A stretch of DNA of 64,000 nt. Origin: Nitrospirota bacterium. Lineage in GTDB: Bacteria; Nitrospirota; Nitrospiria; Nitrospirales; NS-4. The stretch is from positions 13,291 to 77,290 of the forward strand of contig VBOG01000078.1 of NCBI GenBank assembly GCA_005877815.1, written 5' to 3'. Made by a program: the position numbers and the translations under genes. The notes beneath the pieces were generated by a model. It was not told the DNA's origin. It ran no database searches and saw only the letters and a list, made by a program, of their open reading frames with translations. Positions 46,044 through 55,671 of the stretch are shown here, piece after piece (the first letter of the stretch is position 1; each line of letters opens with the position of its first letter).

Positions 46044-46064
46044 CAACTGCTTGGAATCGTCTCG

Positions 46065-47804
46065 CTACCAGCCCCTGTACCGATTGGTGATCGGCATCCT
46101 CCGATCCTTCCCCAAGGCTCGAGGGGTGATTTTGACACCCGGAGGAGACTGGCGGCGCTTATATTCACTGCGATCCACCAGAGACAGGACTCGCTCCACC
46201 GTGACCCGGTCGAAGCCGAGACTGGCCAGATCGCCGACACCCTGATCCTCTTCCACATAGCCTTTGATGATAGGGTCCAAGATTTCATAGGGCGGCAGAG
46301 AATCCTGGTCCGTCTGGTTGTGACGTAGTTCGGCTGTCGGCGGCCGGACAAAGACGCGTTTCGGGATGACGGGGTCCGGATCGCGCGCATTGCGCCATCT
46401 GGCCAGTTCATAGACTAACGTCTTGGGAACATCCTTGAGGGCGGCAAAGCCACCGGCCATATCGCCGTAGAGCGTGGCATACCCGACGCTCATTTCGCTC
46501 TTGTTGCCGGTGGTGAGCACAAGCCATCCATACTTGTTCGACAACGCCATCAGCACCGTGCCACGAATTCTTGACTGTAAATTTTCCTCCGTTACATCCG
46601 GACGCCGTCTTTTGAAGACAGGAGCGAGAACGGATCGAAAAGCCTCAAACATGGGAGTGATCGGGACCACATGATGGCGGATACCGAGACTGACCGCACA
46701 CGACTCGGCATCTTCGCGTGAGTCTTCGGAAGAATAGACTGAGGGCAGGTAGACGCTCACGACGTTGGATGAACCCAGGGCATCGGCGGCCAGCACCGCA
46801 GTGAGTGCTGAGTCGATGCCACCACTGAGACCCAACACGACCGTCTTGAAGCCGTTCTTCCCTGCATAGTCCCGGATGCCGAGCGCCAGCGCTCGATAGA
46901 CTTCTTCCAGAGGCGAGGGCAATGCAGGGAGGCCACCATGAATCAATGATCGGACACGGCGGCGATGCCGAGCTGACACGACCACGCGCTCCACAGAAGC
47001 CCCCTTCCGCTCAAGCATCCGGTGCTTTCTCCGTCGCTGAGGATCATGCATCCGGGCGCGCGCGACGGCGTCCACATCGACGTCGGCCACAACCAGGTCC
47101 TCTTCGAACGCCCGTCCGCGGGCGATCGTCCGTCCGGCCTGATCGATCACAAGACTATTGCCGTCGAAGATCAGTTCATCCTGGCCTCCGACGAGATTGA
47201 CGTAGGCAATCGGAACAAGATTATCCATGGCGCGCGTCGAGAGCATTTCCTCCCTGACGCGCAACTTCCCTCGCTGGTAGGGAGACGCGCTGATGTTGAT
47301 GATCGCTTCCGCGTCTCCAACCAAGGCTTGAGTCCGCGTTGGACCCTCCGGATACCAGATATCTTCACAAATATTGACACCCAGCGTGATGCCGTTGAGG
47401 ACGATGGTCAGACTCTTGCGAGCCGACTGGAAATACCGGTTCTCATCAAACACACCGTAATTGGGAAGACAGGTCTTATGTTGAACGGCCACGACCCGCT
47501 TATTGCAGATAAAGGCGGCGGCGTTATAGAGATCTACCTTCCGATCCACAAAGCCCACCACGGCGGCAATCCCCCGAACCTTTGCGGTGAGCTGATCGAG
47601 GATCCTGATGTTGTCGGTAATAAAAGAGGGCCGCAGCAGCAGATCTTCCGGAGGGTACCCGGTCAATGTCAGCTCAGGAAAGACCACGAGATCCGCCTTC
47701 GCCTCTTGCGCCGCTTCCATTGCATAAAGGACTAGGCGGGCATTGCCGTCCAGATCTCCGACCGTGGTATTGATTTGCGCCAACGCGAGCCGCAGCATCC
47801 GCAT
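46065..47804 (-). CDS. nadE: glutamine-dependent NAD+ synthetase
   Basis: 579 aa. N-terminal CN-hydrolase domain (...FPELTLTGY...NICEDIW...) plus a C-terminal NAD-synthase domain (...LGLSGGIDSAL...). Confidence 0.9.
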   Translation of the reverse strand: MRMLRLALAQINTTVGDLDGNARLVLYAMEAAQEAKADLVVFPELTLTGYPPEDLLLRPSFITDNIRILDQLTAKVRGIAAVVGFVDRKVDLYNAAAFICNKRVVAVQHKTCLPNYGVFDENRYFQSARKSLTIVLNGITLGVNICEDIWYPEGPTRTQALVGDAEAIINISASPYQRGKLRVREEMLSTRAMDNLVPIAYVNLVGGQDELIFDGNSLVIDQAGRTIARGRAFEEDLVVADVDVDAVARARMHDPQRRRKHRMLERKGASVERVVVSARHRRRVRSLIHGGLPALPSPLEEVYRALALGIRDYAGKNGFKTVVLGLSGGIDSALTAVLAADALGSSNVVSVYLPSVYSSEDSREDAESCAVSLGIRHHVVPITPMFEAFRSVLAPVFKRRRPDVTEENLQSRIRGTVLMALSNKYGWLVLTTGNKSEMSVGYATLYGDMAGGFAALKDVPKTLVYELARWRNARDPDPVIPKRVFVRPPTAELRHNQTDQDSLPPYEILDPIIKGYVEEDQGVGDLASLGFDRVTVERVLSLVDRSEYKRRQSPPGVKITPRALGKDRRMPITNRYRGW

Positions 47805-47818
47805 CCGTGATCCTCTTT

Positions 47819-47860
47819 AAAAGAAAACGTCCTCAGACCCTCAGGGAAGAGTCGGAGGAC
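47819..47860 (-). terminator. terminator-type hairpin 14 nt upstream of the nadE start (candidate attenuator)
   Basis: Minus strand GUCCUCCGAC-(12 nt)-GUCUGAGGAC (10 bp, one mismatch) followed by GUUUUCUUUU. The nadE SD (AGAGGA) and ATG follow immediately. Confidence 0.45.
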
Positions 47861-47870
47861 GACATCGTCC

Positions 47871-47930
47871 AAACACAAACGGCGCCTTTCCTTATTGAAT
47901 CCGGCAACCGGATCAGCAAGGAAAGACGCC
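47871..47930 (-). terminator. strong intrinsic terminator after the ANTAR regulator gene
   Basis: Minus strand GGCGUCUUUCCUU...(inner AUCCGG-uug-CCGGAU)...AAGGAAAGGCGCC (13 bp, one G.U) followed by GUUUGUGUUU. Confidence 0.6.
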
Positions 47931-47940
47931 GTCGTCAGTC

Positions 47941-47960
47941 GCAGCACCACACTGTGCTAC
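47941..47960 (-). ncRNA. 7-bp hairpin with A1/G4 hexaloop just 5' of the terminator
   Basis: Minus strand GUAGCAC-AGUGUG-GUGCUGC. Lies 32 nt after the regulator stop and 10 nt before the terminator stem. Confidence 0.3.
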
Positions 47961-47992
47961 GGCGGGACTTTTACCAGAGGACTCCTAGGGTG

Positions 47993-49258
47993 TCAAGGCT
48001 TTTTTTCCCCTATTCGCCTATCCAATTCTCCGGCAAGGAGAATCGCCTCGGCAATGTCCCTCATTGAACGGCGGGTGTCCATGCTCTGCCGTTGCATCAG
48101 ACGGAAGGCCTCTTCTTCAGAAATCCGCTTGCTCTGCATCAGCACGCCCTTCGCCCGTTCGACGGTCTTGCGGACAGCGAGCGCTTCCTGCATCTCGAAA
48201 GACTTCTCCATTAAGCTGGTGTTTTCAATGGCAATCGCCGCCTGATTGGCCACCGACTGAAGGACCTTGCGCTCCTCCTGTGAGAACAAATGCTCGTGGG
48301 CCGTATAGCTGTTGATGACTCCGATCGGCTTGTCCTTGACCAACATCGGAACGGACAGGAGAGAGCACAGACCTTCTTTCCGGGCAAGGTCGGAGTACAT
48401 ATAGTCCGGATCCTTCGTCACGTCCAGCACCGCGATCGGTCTGCGTTCCTTGAGAACACGCCCGCTGATACTTTGGCCTACTTTCAAATTCGGCTTGCTT
48501 CGATACATCTCACTCAGGCTTTGCGTCGCCGCGATCTTTAGCTCATCTCGTTCCGGGTCCAAAAGCATGATCGAGCACGTCGTCGAGCCCATCATCTGAG
48601 CCGTCATGCTCACCAACAGGTGGAGGATTTCATCGAGCAATCGGCCCGAAGTGATGGTGGCGCTGACCTCGGAGAGCGTCTCCACCTGGCGCGCCTTCCT
48701 CGTGACTTCGGCGTGCAATCGCGCCGTCTCAATCGCCCCACCGACCTGCCGTCCGATGGTGGTCATCAATGCGACCTCGTGCGGGCGATGGCGATGAGGC
48801 TGCTTGTGCTGGAGGTTAATGACTCCAATGATATCGTGCTTCACGATGAGGGGAACGGACAGAAATGCCTGGTGCCGATCCTCCGGCAGGTTGTGGAACA
48901 TCTTAAACCGGGAATCGTCGCTCGCATTGCTGGCGATTGCAACTGTCCGGCCCTGTTGTGCGACCCAACCCGTGATGCCTTCGCCCAGCCCCAACCGGAC
49001 CCGACCGATGAGTTTCGGATGGGGGTTCAAGGAGGCTTTCAGCACCAGCTCGTCTTTATGCGAATTCAGCAAGTAGACAAGGCAGGAATCAGCCTTCGTC
49101 ACCTGCACGGCGATGTCCATAATGTCACGGAGGACGCAGTCCAGATCCAGATTGCCGCTGACCGTTTCGGCGATCTGATGAAGGATCTCCGCTTCACGCG
49201 TTTTTTCCCGCAGCAATCGGCGAAGCGTCGTGTCGGACGCCTCTTCGGTTCGCTTCAT
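47993..49258 (-). CDS. GAF-GAF-ANTAR RNA-binding antitermination-type regulator
   Basis: 421 aa from ATG 49258. Two GAF domains (...ADSCLVYLL...GEGITGWV...; ...CSIMLLD...GQSISGRV...). C-terminal ANTAR ...ALAVRKTVERAKGVLMQSKRISEEEAFRLMQRQSMDTRRSMRDIAEAIL. The ATG overlaps the aroB stop (ATGA at 49255..49258). The longer track ORF is rejected. Confidence 0.8.
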   Translation of the reverse strand: MKRTEEASDTTLRRLLREKTREAEILHQIAETVSGNLDLDCVLRDIMDIAVQVTKADSCLVYLLNSHKDELVLKASLNPHPKLIGRVRLGLGEGITGWVAQQGRTVAIASNASDDSRFKMFHNLPEDRHQAFLSVPLIVKHDIIGVINLQHKQPHRHRPHEVALMTTIGRQVGGAIETARLHAEVTRKARQVETLSEVSATITSGRLLDEILHLLVSMTAQMMGSTTCSIMLLDPERDELKIAATQSLSEMYRSKPNLKVGQSISGRVLKERRPIAVLDVTKDPDYMYSDLARKEGLCSLLSVPMLVKDKPIGVINSYTAHEHLFSQEERKVLQSVANQAAIAIENTSLMEKSFEMQEALAVRKTVERAKGVLMQSKRISEEEAFRLMQRQSMDTRRSMRDIAEAILLAGELDRRIGEKKP

Positions 49259-50457
49259 GGACGTGACACCCGACCATCCCGGTCGGCGCGCGGCGACGCC
49301 GTCCTCAGAGCCATCAGGATGTCCGGCTCGCTCACGGGCTGCACCACGACCTTGCCAATCGCAGTGGGCAACACGAAATGAATGTGCTTGTCCGACACTT
49401 TCTTGTCCTGTCGCATCGCGCGAAGGACGGCCGCCGGGCGGTATGGCGGGCGCTCGACAGGAAGCCCTGCGCACGACACCAACGCTCGAATCCGATTTTC
49501 CACATCAATCTCGGCCAATCCTAGACACCGCGCCAGACCAGCTGCCCAAACCATGCCAATCGCCACAGCCTCACCATGTTGGTAGCGGCGATACCCGCTG
49601 AGGGTCTCCACAGCATGGCCCAAGGTGTGCCCGAAATTAAGGATCCGACGGCGGTCCCCTTCGCGCTCGTCCTCCGCGACAACCTCCGCTTTAGTCCGGC
49701 AACAGCACGTGAGGATTTTTCGAAGGACCGGAGGATCCAACCCCATCGCTTTCTCCATGTGAGCTTCAAGAAACTCGAAAAAGCCTTCGCTGCCTATCAC
49801 CCCATACTTGATGACTTCAGCCATTCCAGCCCGGTAATCACGCGCGGGAAGGGTGCAAAGCGCCGCCGGATCGACGAGAACGAGTTTTGGCTGATAAAAG
49901 GCTCCGATCAGGTTCTTCCCCATGCGGTGGTTCACCCCTGTCTTCCCCCCAATGCTCGAATCAACCTGAGCGACCAGCGTGGTGGGTACTTGCGCGAGAG
50001 GAATACCTCTGAGGTACGCAGAGGCAACAAACCCGCCGAGATCCCCTATGACCCCGCCACCAAGCGCCACGAGCCAAGTCGATCGCTCGCATCGCCTCTT
50101 GACCAATTCATCCAAGACGGCACTAAACCACTTCAACGATTTGGCCTGCTCGTTGTCCGGCACGATCAGCGTAACGGTCTTGAAGCCTGCCCGACACAGA
50201 CTGCGCTTCACCCGGGTGCCATATAGCCGGCGGACTGTGGAATTCGTCAGCACTACCGCGGATTGGCCGGCATGGAACGCAGCAAGCCGATCGCCCACGC
50301 CATCGAGCAGGCTATCTTGAATGAGAATGTCGTAGGCGCGATCAGAGAGGGCGACCGGGATGCGCGACACCTCGCCTTCAGTCGGAACTTCAATGTGACG
50401 TTGCACGGTCATGGTTGGAGAATCAGGAGGCGCGGTGTGCATCGTTCCACGGATCAA
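49255..50457 (-). CDS. aroB: 3-dehydroquinate synthase
   Basis: ...LVALGGGVIGDLGGFVAS..., ...GKNLIGAFYQP..., ...NFGHTLGHA... The track start is TTG 50457. ATG 50442 or ATG 50412 (MTVQRHIEV...) is more likely. Confidence 0.85.
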   Translation of the reverse strand: MIRGTMHTAPPDSPTMTVQRHIEVPTEGEVSRIPVALSDRAYDILIQDSLLDGVGDRLAAFHAGQSAVVLTNSTVRRLYGTRVKRSLCRAGFKTVTLIVPDNEQAKSLKWFSAVLDELVKRRCERSTWLVALGGGVIGDLGGFVASAYLRGIPLAQVPTTLVAQVDSSIGGKTGVNHRMGKNLIGAFYQPKLVLVDPAALCTLPARDYRAGMAEVIKYGVIGSEGFFEFLEAHMEKAMGLDPPVLRKILTCCCRTKAEVVAEDEREGDRRRILNFGHTLGHAVETLSGYRRYQHGEAVAIGMVWAAGLARCLGLAEIDVENRIRALVSCAGLPVERPPYRPAAVLRAMRQDKKVSDKHIHFVLPTAIGKVVVQPVSEPDILMALRTASPRADRDGRVSRP

Positions 50458-51617
50458 AACTGTCGGACGTATTCCTGATAGGAGTCGTAATTCCGGCGCA
50501 TCTCCTTCATATTGTCCCCACCGAACTTTTCGAGCATCGCGGCAGCCATCTCGTATGCTACGACGGCCTCCCCTACCACTCCAGCCGCCGGCACCGTGCA
50601 GATATCCGACCGTTCAATGGTCGCTTCGACAGGCGCCTTCGTCTCGATGTCCACGCTTTTCTTCGGGTTATAAAGAGTCGAGATGGGTTTCATGGCTGTC
50701 CGCAGTACAATGGGCTGTCCGTTGGTGATGCCACCCTCCAGACCCCCAGCGTTATTTGAGCCCCGGATAAAGCCCTTCGCGGGCTCATAAAAAATGTCGT
50801 CATGCACCTCGGACCCGAACCTGCGCGCCGCCTCAAATCCCATGCCGACCTCAACGCCCTTCATCGCCTGGATACTCATTAACGCCATGGCTAGACGGCC
50901 CGTCAGACGGCGGTCCCATTGCGCATAGCTACCGAGACCAAACGGCGGACTCGTGACGACGACCTCGAAGATGCCGCCAAGCGTGTCACCCTTGTGCTTG
51001 GCTTCCCTGATACGTTCGACCATGTGAGTCGACGAGGTTTCATCGGGGCAGCGAACGTCCGAGGCTTCCGCCTTCAGAAACAGCTCTTCCACGGTCACCT
51101 TCTCCCCAATGCTGGCCTTTACGCCGCCGATCTCGACCGTGTAGCTATAGACGTGCATGCCAAATTCGGCAAGGAGACGTTTTGCGATGCCCCCGACGGC
51201 GACACGAATGGCAGTCTCGCGGGCACTTGCCTTTTCGAGAACGTTTCTGATGTCGCGATGATCGTACTTGATAGCCCCGACGAGATCGGCATGACCAGGG
51301 CGGGGGCACGTGACCACCTTCTCGGTGGCTGGCGGACCTGGCTCGGCCGCCATAATCTCCTTCCAGTTTTCCCAGTCCTTATTCGCAATCTTCAGCGTGA
51401 TGGGATTGCCGAGGGTCAGACCTTTGCGAACACCGGAGAGGAATTCCACCCGGTCCTGCTCGATCCGCATACGACCCCCCCTGCCATAGCCCTTCTGTCG
51501 CCGGGCGAGGTCATGGTCGATGTCAGCTGCCGTCAGAGGAAGGCCGGAGGGAACTCCTTCGAGGATGGCCATGAGGCTTTTGCCATGGGATTCACCGCCG
51601 GTGAGATAGCGCAGCAT
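50454..51617 (-). CDS. aroC: chorismate synthase
   Basis: 387 aa. MLRYLTGGESHGKSL..., ...GRSSARETA-like..., ...GGISNG-like motifs. Confidence 0.9.
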   Translation of the reverse strand: MLRYLTGGESHGKSLMAILEGVPSGLPLTAADIDHDLARRQKGYGRGGRMRIEQDRVEFLSGVRKGLTLGNPITLKIANKDWENWKEIMAAEPGPPATEKVVTCPRPGHADLVGAIKYDHRDIRNVLEKASARETAIRVAVGGIAKRLLAEFGMHVYSYTVEIGGVKASIGEKVTVEELFLKAEASDVRCPDETSSTHMVERIREAKHKGDTLGGIFEVVVTSPPFGLGSYAQWDRRLTGRLAMALMSIQAMKGVEVGMGFEAARRFGSEVHDDIFYEPAKGFIRGSNNAGGLEGGITNGQPIVLRTAMKPISTLYNPKKSVDIETKAPVEATIERSDICTVPAAGVVGEAVVAYEMAAAMLEKFGGDNMKEMRRNYDSYQEYVRQF

Positions 51618-51642
51618 AGAGAGCCATCATAAAGCACCCGTG

Positions 51643-53622
51643 TCAGTCCTTCAAGATCGTCGGGGTCACGAAAATGAGCAGTTCCGTGGTGGTATTTGTG
51701 ACCCCCTCGTTTTTAAACAGCCATCCCAGTACCGGAATTCGGTTGAACCAGGGAATGCCTTGCGTGGTGTCCGTTTTCTGCTCTTCGAAAATACCACCGA
51801 GCACGGTCGTCTCTCCATCACGCAAGAGAATTTCCGTGGTGGCTTCCTTCTTGTCTATCGTAGGACCCGCCGACGACACACTGGCCCCGATGGAGTTCTT
51901 GGTGGTCTTGATTTCTAGCCGCACAGTATTATCATTGACGATGATGTGAGGGGTCACGTTTAAGGTCAGCGTCGCATCGACAAACGTGGTTTGTGTACCT
52001 TGGAGGGACGTGGTTTGGAACGGGACCTGGCTGCCCTGTTCGATCTTCGCCGGTTTGTTGTCGAGAGTAATAATCTTCGGCGCAGATACGGTTTTGCTCA
52101 AGCCCAGTGACTCTCCGGCGGACAGCCGAAGGTCCAATGTTCCGGTAGTGCCGAAGAATTTACCAATGGTCAGCCCGATGGCGCTTGTCGGCACCGCAGC
52201 TGCTGCGGTCGCAGGAAGATTCACCAGCCAGGTTTGCTCTCCGGGCGCCGTGGCATTACCAAACGTGGCGCCGGATCCCGCCGGAAACGTCCCCAGCGTA
52301 GTGCCAACGGTTGACTTGCCTCCCTGGGACAGCACCGGCGTAATGAGCCAGTTGACGCCCAGGCCTCTCGCGAAGCCCCGACTGGCTTGGACGATTCTCG
52401 CTTCGATTTGAACTTGAGAGGTTCGTTGGTCCAGATCGCGAACGATTTTGGCCACCTTGGTGACATTCGACTCGATGTCTCGTACGATCATGGAATTGGT
52501 GCGCGCATCCGTCTTAATTTCTCCACGGGGACTCAAATTGCTCTTGGCGACATCGAGGACTTTCGAAGCATCTGCATAGTTCAGATAGACAATGCGTGTC
52601 ACCATGGGCTCCGCCTTCACCATGGCATCTTTGGTCTTCGCCGCTTCGTCTTCGAGCTTGGTGATGTTTTGCAGCGTGTCTACCCAAATAAGGTTCCCCT
52701 CGCGCACCTGACCAAGTTGGTTCAGCTTGAGAATGAGATCGAGAGCCTGATCCCAGGGAACACTCAGCAACTTCAGGCTGATCTTGCCCTTGACCGCCTC
52801 TCCAACGATCATGTTGTGCCCGCTCACGTCGGCAATCAGTCTCAACACGCTGGTGATGTCAGCGTCTTGGAAATCGAGTGAAATCCGCCGTCCGGTGAAT
52901 CGTTCTGTTCCCGGCACCGCACTCGAAGGGGCTGTGAGCCGGCCTCCCATTGCCGGGCCAACTGGAGGAGTGGGAACGTTGGGAGTGGTCGTGACGGGTT
53001 GGAGACTCTCGCTCACCGGTTTCTCCTGCACCAGCGGACTGAGAGATTCCTGTACCTTTGGCGTCACGGCCGGGTCCGTCAGCGTAATTCGGAGGTTTGA
53101 TCCGGTCTTTTCGACGGTGTACGGGACCGCCCTCGAGAGGTCAAAGACGAGGCGGACTTTTTGCTGGGGTTGAACGTGGGATCCAATGCGGATTTGTTTG
53201 ATCAAAGGATGCCCAACCAGCATCGTATTCCGCTTCGTGCCATTGAGAACGTCCGCCAGATCCACGACGATCCTATTTCCTTCGAGCCTCATGACCTGGT
53301 ACGACAAGTCGCCATCGCCTCTGATGACAACCGAAACGGATCCGCTCTGGCGTTGGATTTCGATGTCTGTGAGGGTCTTTGCGGATGGCGCTTCTCTGCG
53401 TCCTTCGGATTCAATGGGATCTGGAGGAACGAGCGGTGTCGAGTCCTTCTCCATCGCAACAGTGGGATTCGGCTTCGTCTCCACAGGGGATGCGGCAGGC
53501 ACGGCCATGTCGCTCTCGGGTTCTTTGTTCGTATTCATCTCTGTTGAGGCGCAGCCAGAGCCGATGGCTAGGACGCCTGCGCTCAACAATGTCAGCAATG
53601 TTTGAGACGCCGCGTTTTTCAT
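51643..53622 (-). CDS. pilQ: type IV pilus secretin PilQ
   Basis: 659 aa. Lipoprotein-like signal (GSGCAS), AMIN domain (...VVIRGDGDLSYQVMRLEGNRIVVDL...), secretin C-terminal domain (...GIPWFNRIPVLGWLFKN...LLIFVTPTIL). Confidence 0.85.
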   Translation of the reverse strand: MKNAASQTLLTLLSAGVLAIGSGCASTEMNTNKEPESDMAVPAASPVETKPNPTVAMEKDSTPLVPPDPIESEGRREAPSAKTLTDIEIQRQSGSVSVVIRGDGDLSYQVMRLEGNRIVVDLADVLNGTKRNTMLVGHPLIKQIRIGSHVQPQQKVRLVFDLSRAVPYTVEKTGSNLRITLTDPAVTPKVQESLSPLVQEKPVSESLQPVTTTPNVPTPPVGPAMGGRLTAPSSAVPGTERFTGRRISLDFQDADITSVLRLIADVSGHNMIVGEAVKGKISLKLLSVPWDQALDLILKLNQLGQVREGNLIWVDTLQNITKLEDEAAKTKDAMVKAEPMVTRIVYLNYADASKVLDVAKSNLSPRGEIKTDARTNSMIVRDIESNVTKVAKIVRDLDQRTSQVQIEARIVQASRGFARGLGVNWLITPVLSQGGKSTVGTTLGTFPAGSGATFGNATAPGEQTWLVNLPATAAAAVPTSAIGLTIGKFFGTTGTLDLRLSAGESLGLSKTVSAPKIITLDNKPAKIEQGSQVPFQTTSLQGTQTTFVDATLTLNVTPHIIVNDNTVRLEIKTTKNSIGASVSSAGPTIDKKEATTEILLRDGETTVLGGIFEEQKTDTTQGIPWFNRIPVLGWLFKNEGVTNTTTELLIFVTPTILKD

Positions 53623-54460
53623 TCGTTCACCTCTTTCAACCGCTGCAGGAGCTCGACCTCACGGGTCGTCTTTTTCCCATTCACGTCTATGCTCGGCTCG
53701 GAAATAATAATCCGCTTTTCCGTGATGGATTTGATGACCCCGTTATTCGTGCCATTAACGTCCCATCTCTCACGGTATATCCCTTTCCATCCGGCGTCTG
53801 AATCAGTGCATAGTAGCCATACCCACCCGAGATTATTCCCACAAGCTTCATGTCTGTGATCTCGACCCGCTGAAGAGGTGGCAAGTCGCGCCGGGACTGA
53901 TCCACCTTGATTAGCTTGATCATTGATTGAAATGGGTCACGCCTGCTCTTAGGATCGTAGGAATATTCCTCGGCGGGCGGCGGTTCCTCTTTTGTTGCGG
54001 GCGCGACCTGCGCGCTTATTGTGCTATTGTCGTTTGCCACAGGCGTGGCCGAGGCCGAAGTTCCAGCCAGACTAGATGATGGCTTGACCGACTGCACCCC
54101 GGGAAGGATCACCGCCGTGCCGGTTGAGGCACTGGACTCAGCCGTCGCGGTTTGCGCCGAAGGTGTCGTGGATGTTCCCTCCATGGAGGCGACCGGCATG
54201 GGTACTTGTGGATTCGCGGTTGCCGGTGGAACGTTTGTGGACGTTCCGGCAGGTTTCGCTGTCGATGTAGCTGGTGTCGATTTCAGCGGCGGCGGAGCGG
54301 AGTCATCCTTCTTGAAAAACGACATGGCCAGTAACACCTCGGACCCGGCAGGTTCTGAGGAGGCGGCCACAGGGTGAAAAAGCAGACACACTGCAAACAG
54401 CCCTGCAAGGCCGTAGCTATTCAAGGTACTGTGAATCTTCATGGGGGAATGACCCATCAT
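53619..54460 (-). pseudogene. pilP: pilP with a single-base frameshift (or sequencing indel) at a G-run
   Basis: Frame A (54460..53687) ends ...GYTVRDGTLMARITG...*. The other frame from 53762 reads DVNGTNNGVIKSITEKRIIISEPSIDVNGKKTTREVELLQRLKEVNE*, the expected PilP C-terminal domain. Its TGA overlaps the pilQ ATG (ATGA at 53619..53622). One extra G in GGG 53762..53764 would restore a single ORF. Confidence 0.6.
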
Positions 54461-55117
54461 TTATTTCTTCGCTGGCGCAGAGGATGCCGCATCGGCCTTC
54501 GCCTTCTCGGCTGCTGCCGCCTGTGCGAGCATCGCCTCAGAAGGGGATGCAAACGCCGTTAATTCGAATGAAGTCTGGATGGATATATTACCCCGCTCGG
54601 TCTTACCGTTGCCCATCTTGATTTTCGACACGTTGATGATACGAGGCAGCTTGCCGATACGGTCAAAAAACAGGGCCAAGGTATGGTACCCACCACTCAT
54701 CTCCACCGACACGGGAAGCCTGACAAAGAGTTTGGAAGAATCCTCGGCCCGGGTCCCCGGCTTCCAGAGTTTGAAGTTAAGCCCGATGCGTTGCCCTAAA
54801 TCAGAAATTTGCTTGAGCAGCATTGCCACTTCCTCCTCCGGAGGCAGCTGCTCCTGATTCTTGGCCAGCTGCTGCTGCAACTGGGCGTGCACTCGTTTCA
54901 ACTCATCTAGGTGCGCGACTTTCGCCCGGTTGGTCTTGATCTCCTCATCCATTTTGCCAATCTCGACCCGCAGGACGCCGAGATCCTCTTGGTACGGGCT
55001 CTCGACGAGGAAATAGAACAGGGCGGCAATAGCAACAACCACGAGGCCCATCAAGGCCAGCTTCTGAGCCATGGGGATCGCCTTGAAGGTCGCCATGTCC
55101 AGAAGCTTCAGTGTCAT
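54461..55117 (-). CDS. pilO: type IV pilus assembly protein PilO
   Basis: 218 aa. N-terminal TM helix, coiled coil, PilO-like C-terminal domain. Position between pilN and pilP. Confidence 0.75.
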   Translation of the reverse strand: MTLKLLDMATFKAIPMAQKLALMGLVVVAIAALFYFLVESPYQEDLGVLRVEIGKMDEEIKTNRAKVAHLDELKRVHAQLQQQLAKNQEQLPPEEEVAMLLKQISDLGQRIGLNFKLWKPGTRAEDSSKLFVRLPVSVEMSGGYHTLALFFDRIGKLPRIINVSKIKMGNGKTERGNISIQTSFELTAFASPSEAMLAQAAAAEKAKADAASSAPAKK

Positions 55118-55671
55118 GACATCCCCTTCATCGTCACTTTTAATTTGAACTGATAGACGGGAATGCTGTCTTCGGTGGTCTGCCGGCTTTCATCCAACAG
55201 CACAGATACGAAATAATTCGTCCGCTGAAGGTTCTTCACGAATTCCACTACGTCATCATTGGACAGCGCTCTGCCATCCAAAGTGATCTGTGCACCCATC
55301 TGATCCAATCCGGTCAGCCAAACTTTGTACGGATCGAGGCTTTGGCTGACGTAATCAAGGAGTCTGACAGGACCACCCTGATTTTTTCGGAGCTGTTCAA
55401 TGATCCGATTCTTATCTTCTAAAAGTTTTTTCTTCTTTTCATAGTCGTCTACCTCAGCGACTTTCTTCTTCAGGGACGCCAGCTCCACAGTCTTGGCCTC
55501 TTTCTTCGCGGTTTGCTGTGCGATTTCTTCGGTGAGCATTAACCACCGATAGCCACAGGCTCCGAGCACAACGATCAGCACGGCCACCCCAAGAAGGATC
55601 TGAATGCGAGCTTCATCCCCGGGGGTTGATTTCTTTGTCCGAGTGACGGGCAAGAGATTGATTTTAATCAA
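55114..55671 (-). CDS. pilN: type IV pilus assembly protein PilN
   Basis: 185 aa. Canonical MIKINLLP N-terminus, TM helix, coiled coil. Confidence 0.75.
   Translation of the reverse strand: MIKINLLPVTRTKKSTPGDEARIQILLGVAVLIVVLGACGYRWLMLTEEIAQQTAKKEAKTVELASLKKKVAEVDDYEKKKKLLEDKNRIIEQLRKNQGGPVRLLDYVSQSLDPYKVWLTGLDQMGAQITLDGRALSNDDVVEFVKNLQRTNYFVSVLLDESRQTTEDSIPVYQFKLKVTMKGMS

Noticed and set aside
47022-51632. Plus-strand ORFs 47022..47735, 48620..49381, 49576..50226 and 50919..51632, antisense to nadE, the ANTAR regulator, aroB and aroC
   Set aside because: Same reasoning as above. The opposite-strand products are conserved enzymes or regulators, and the antisense translations lack any domain pattern.
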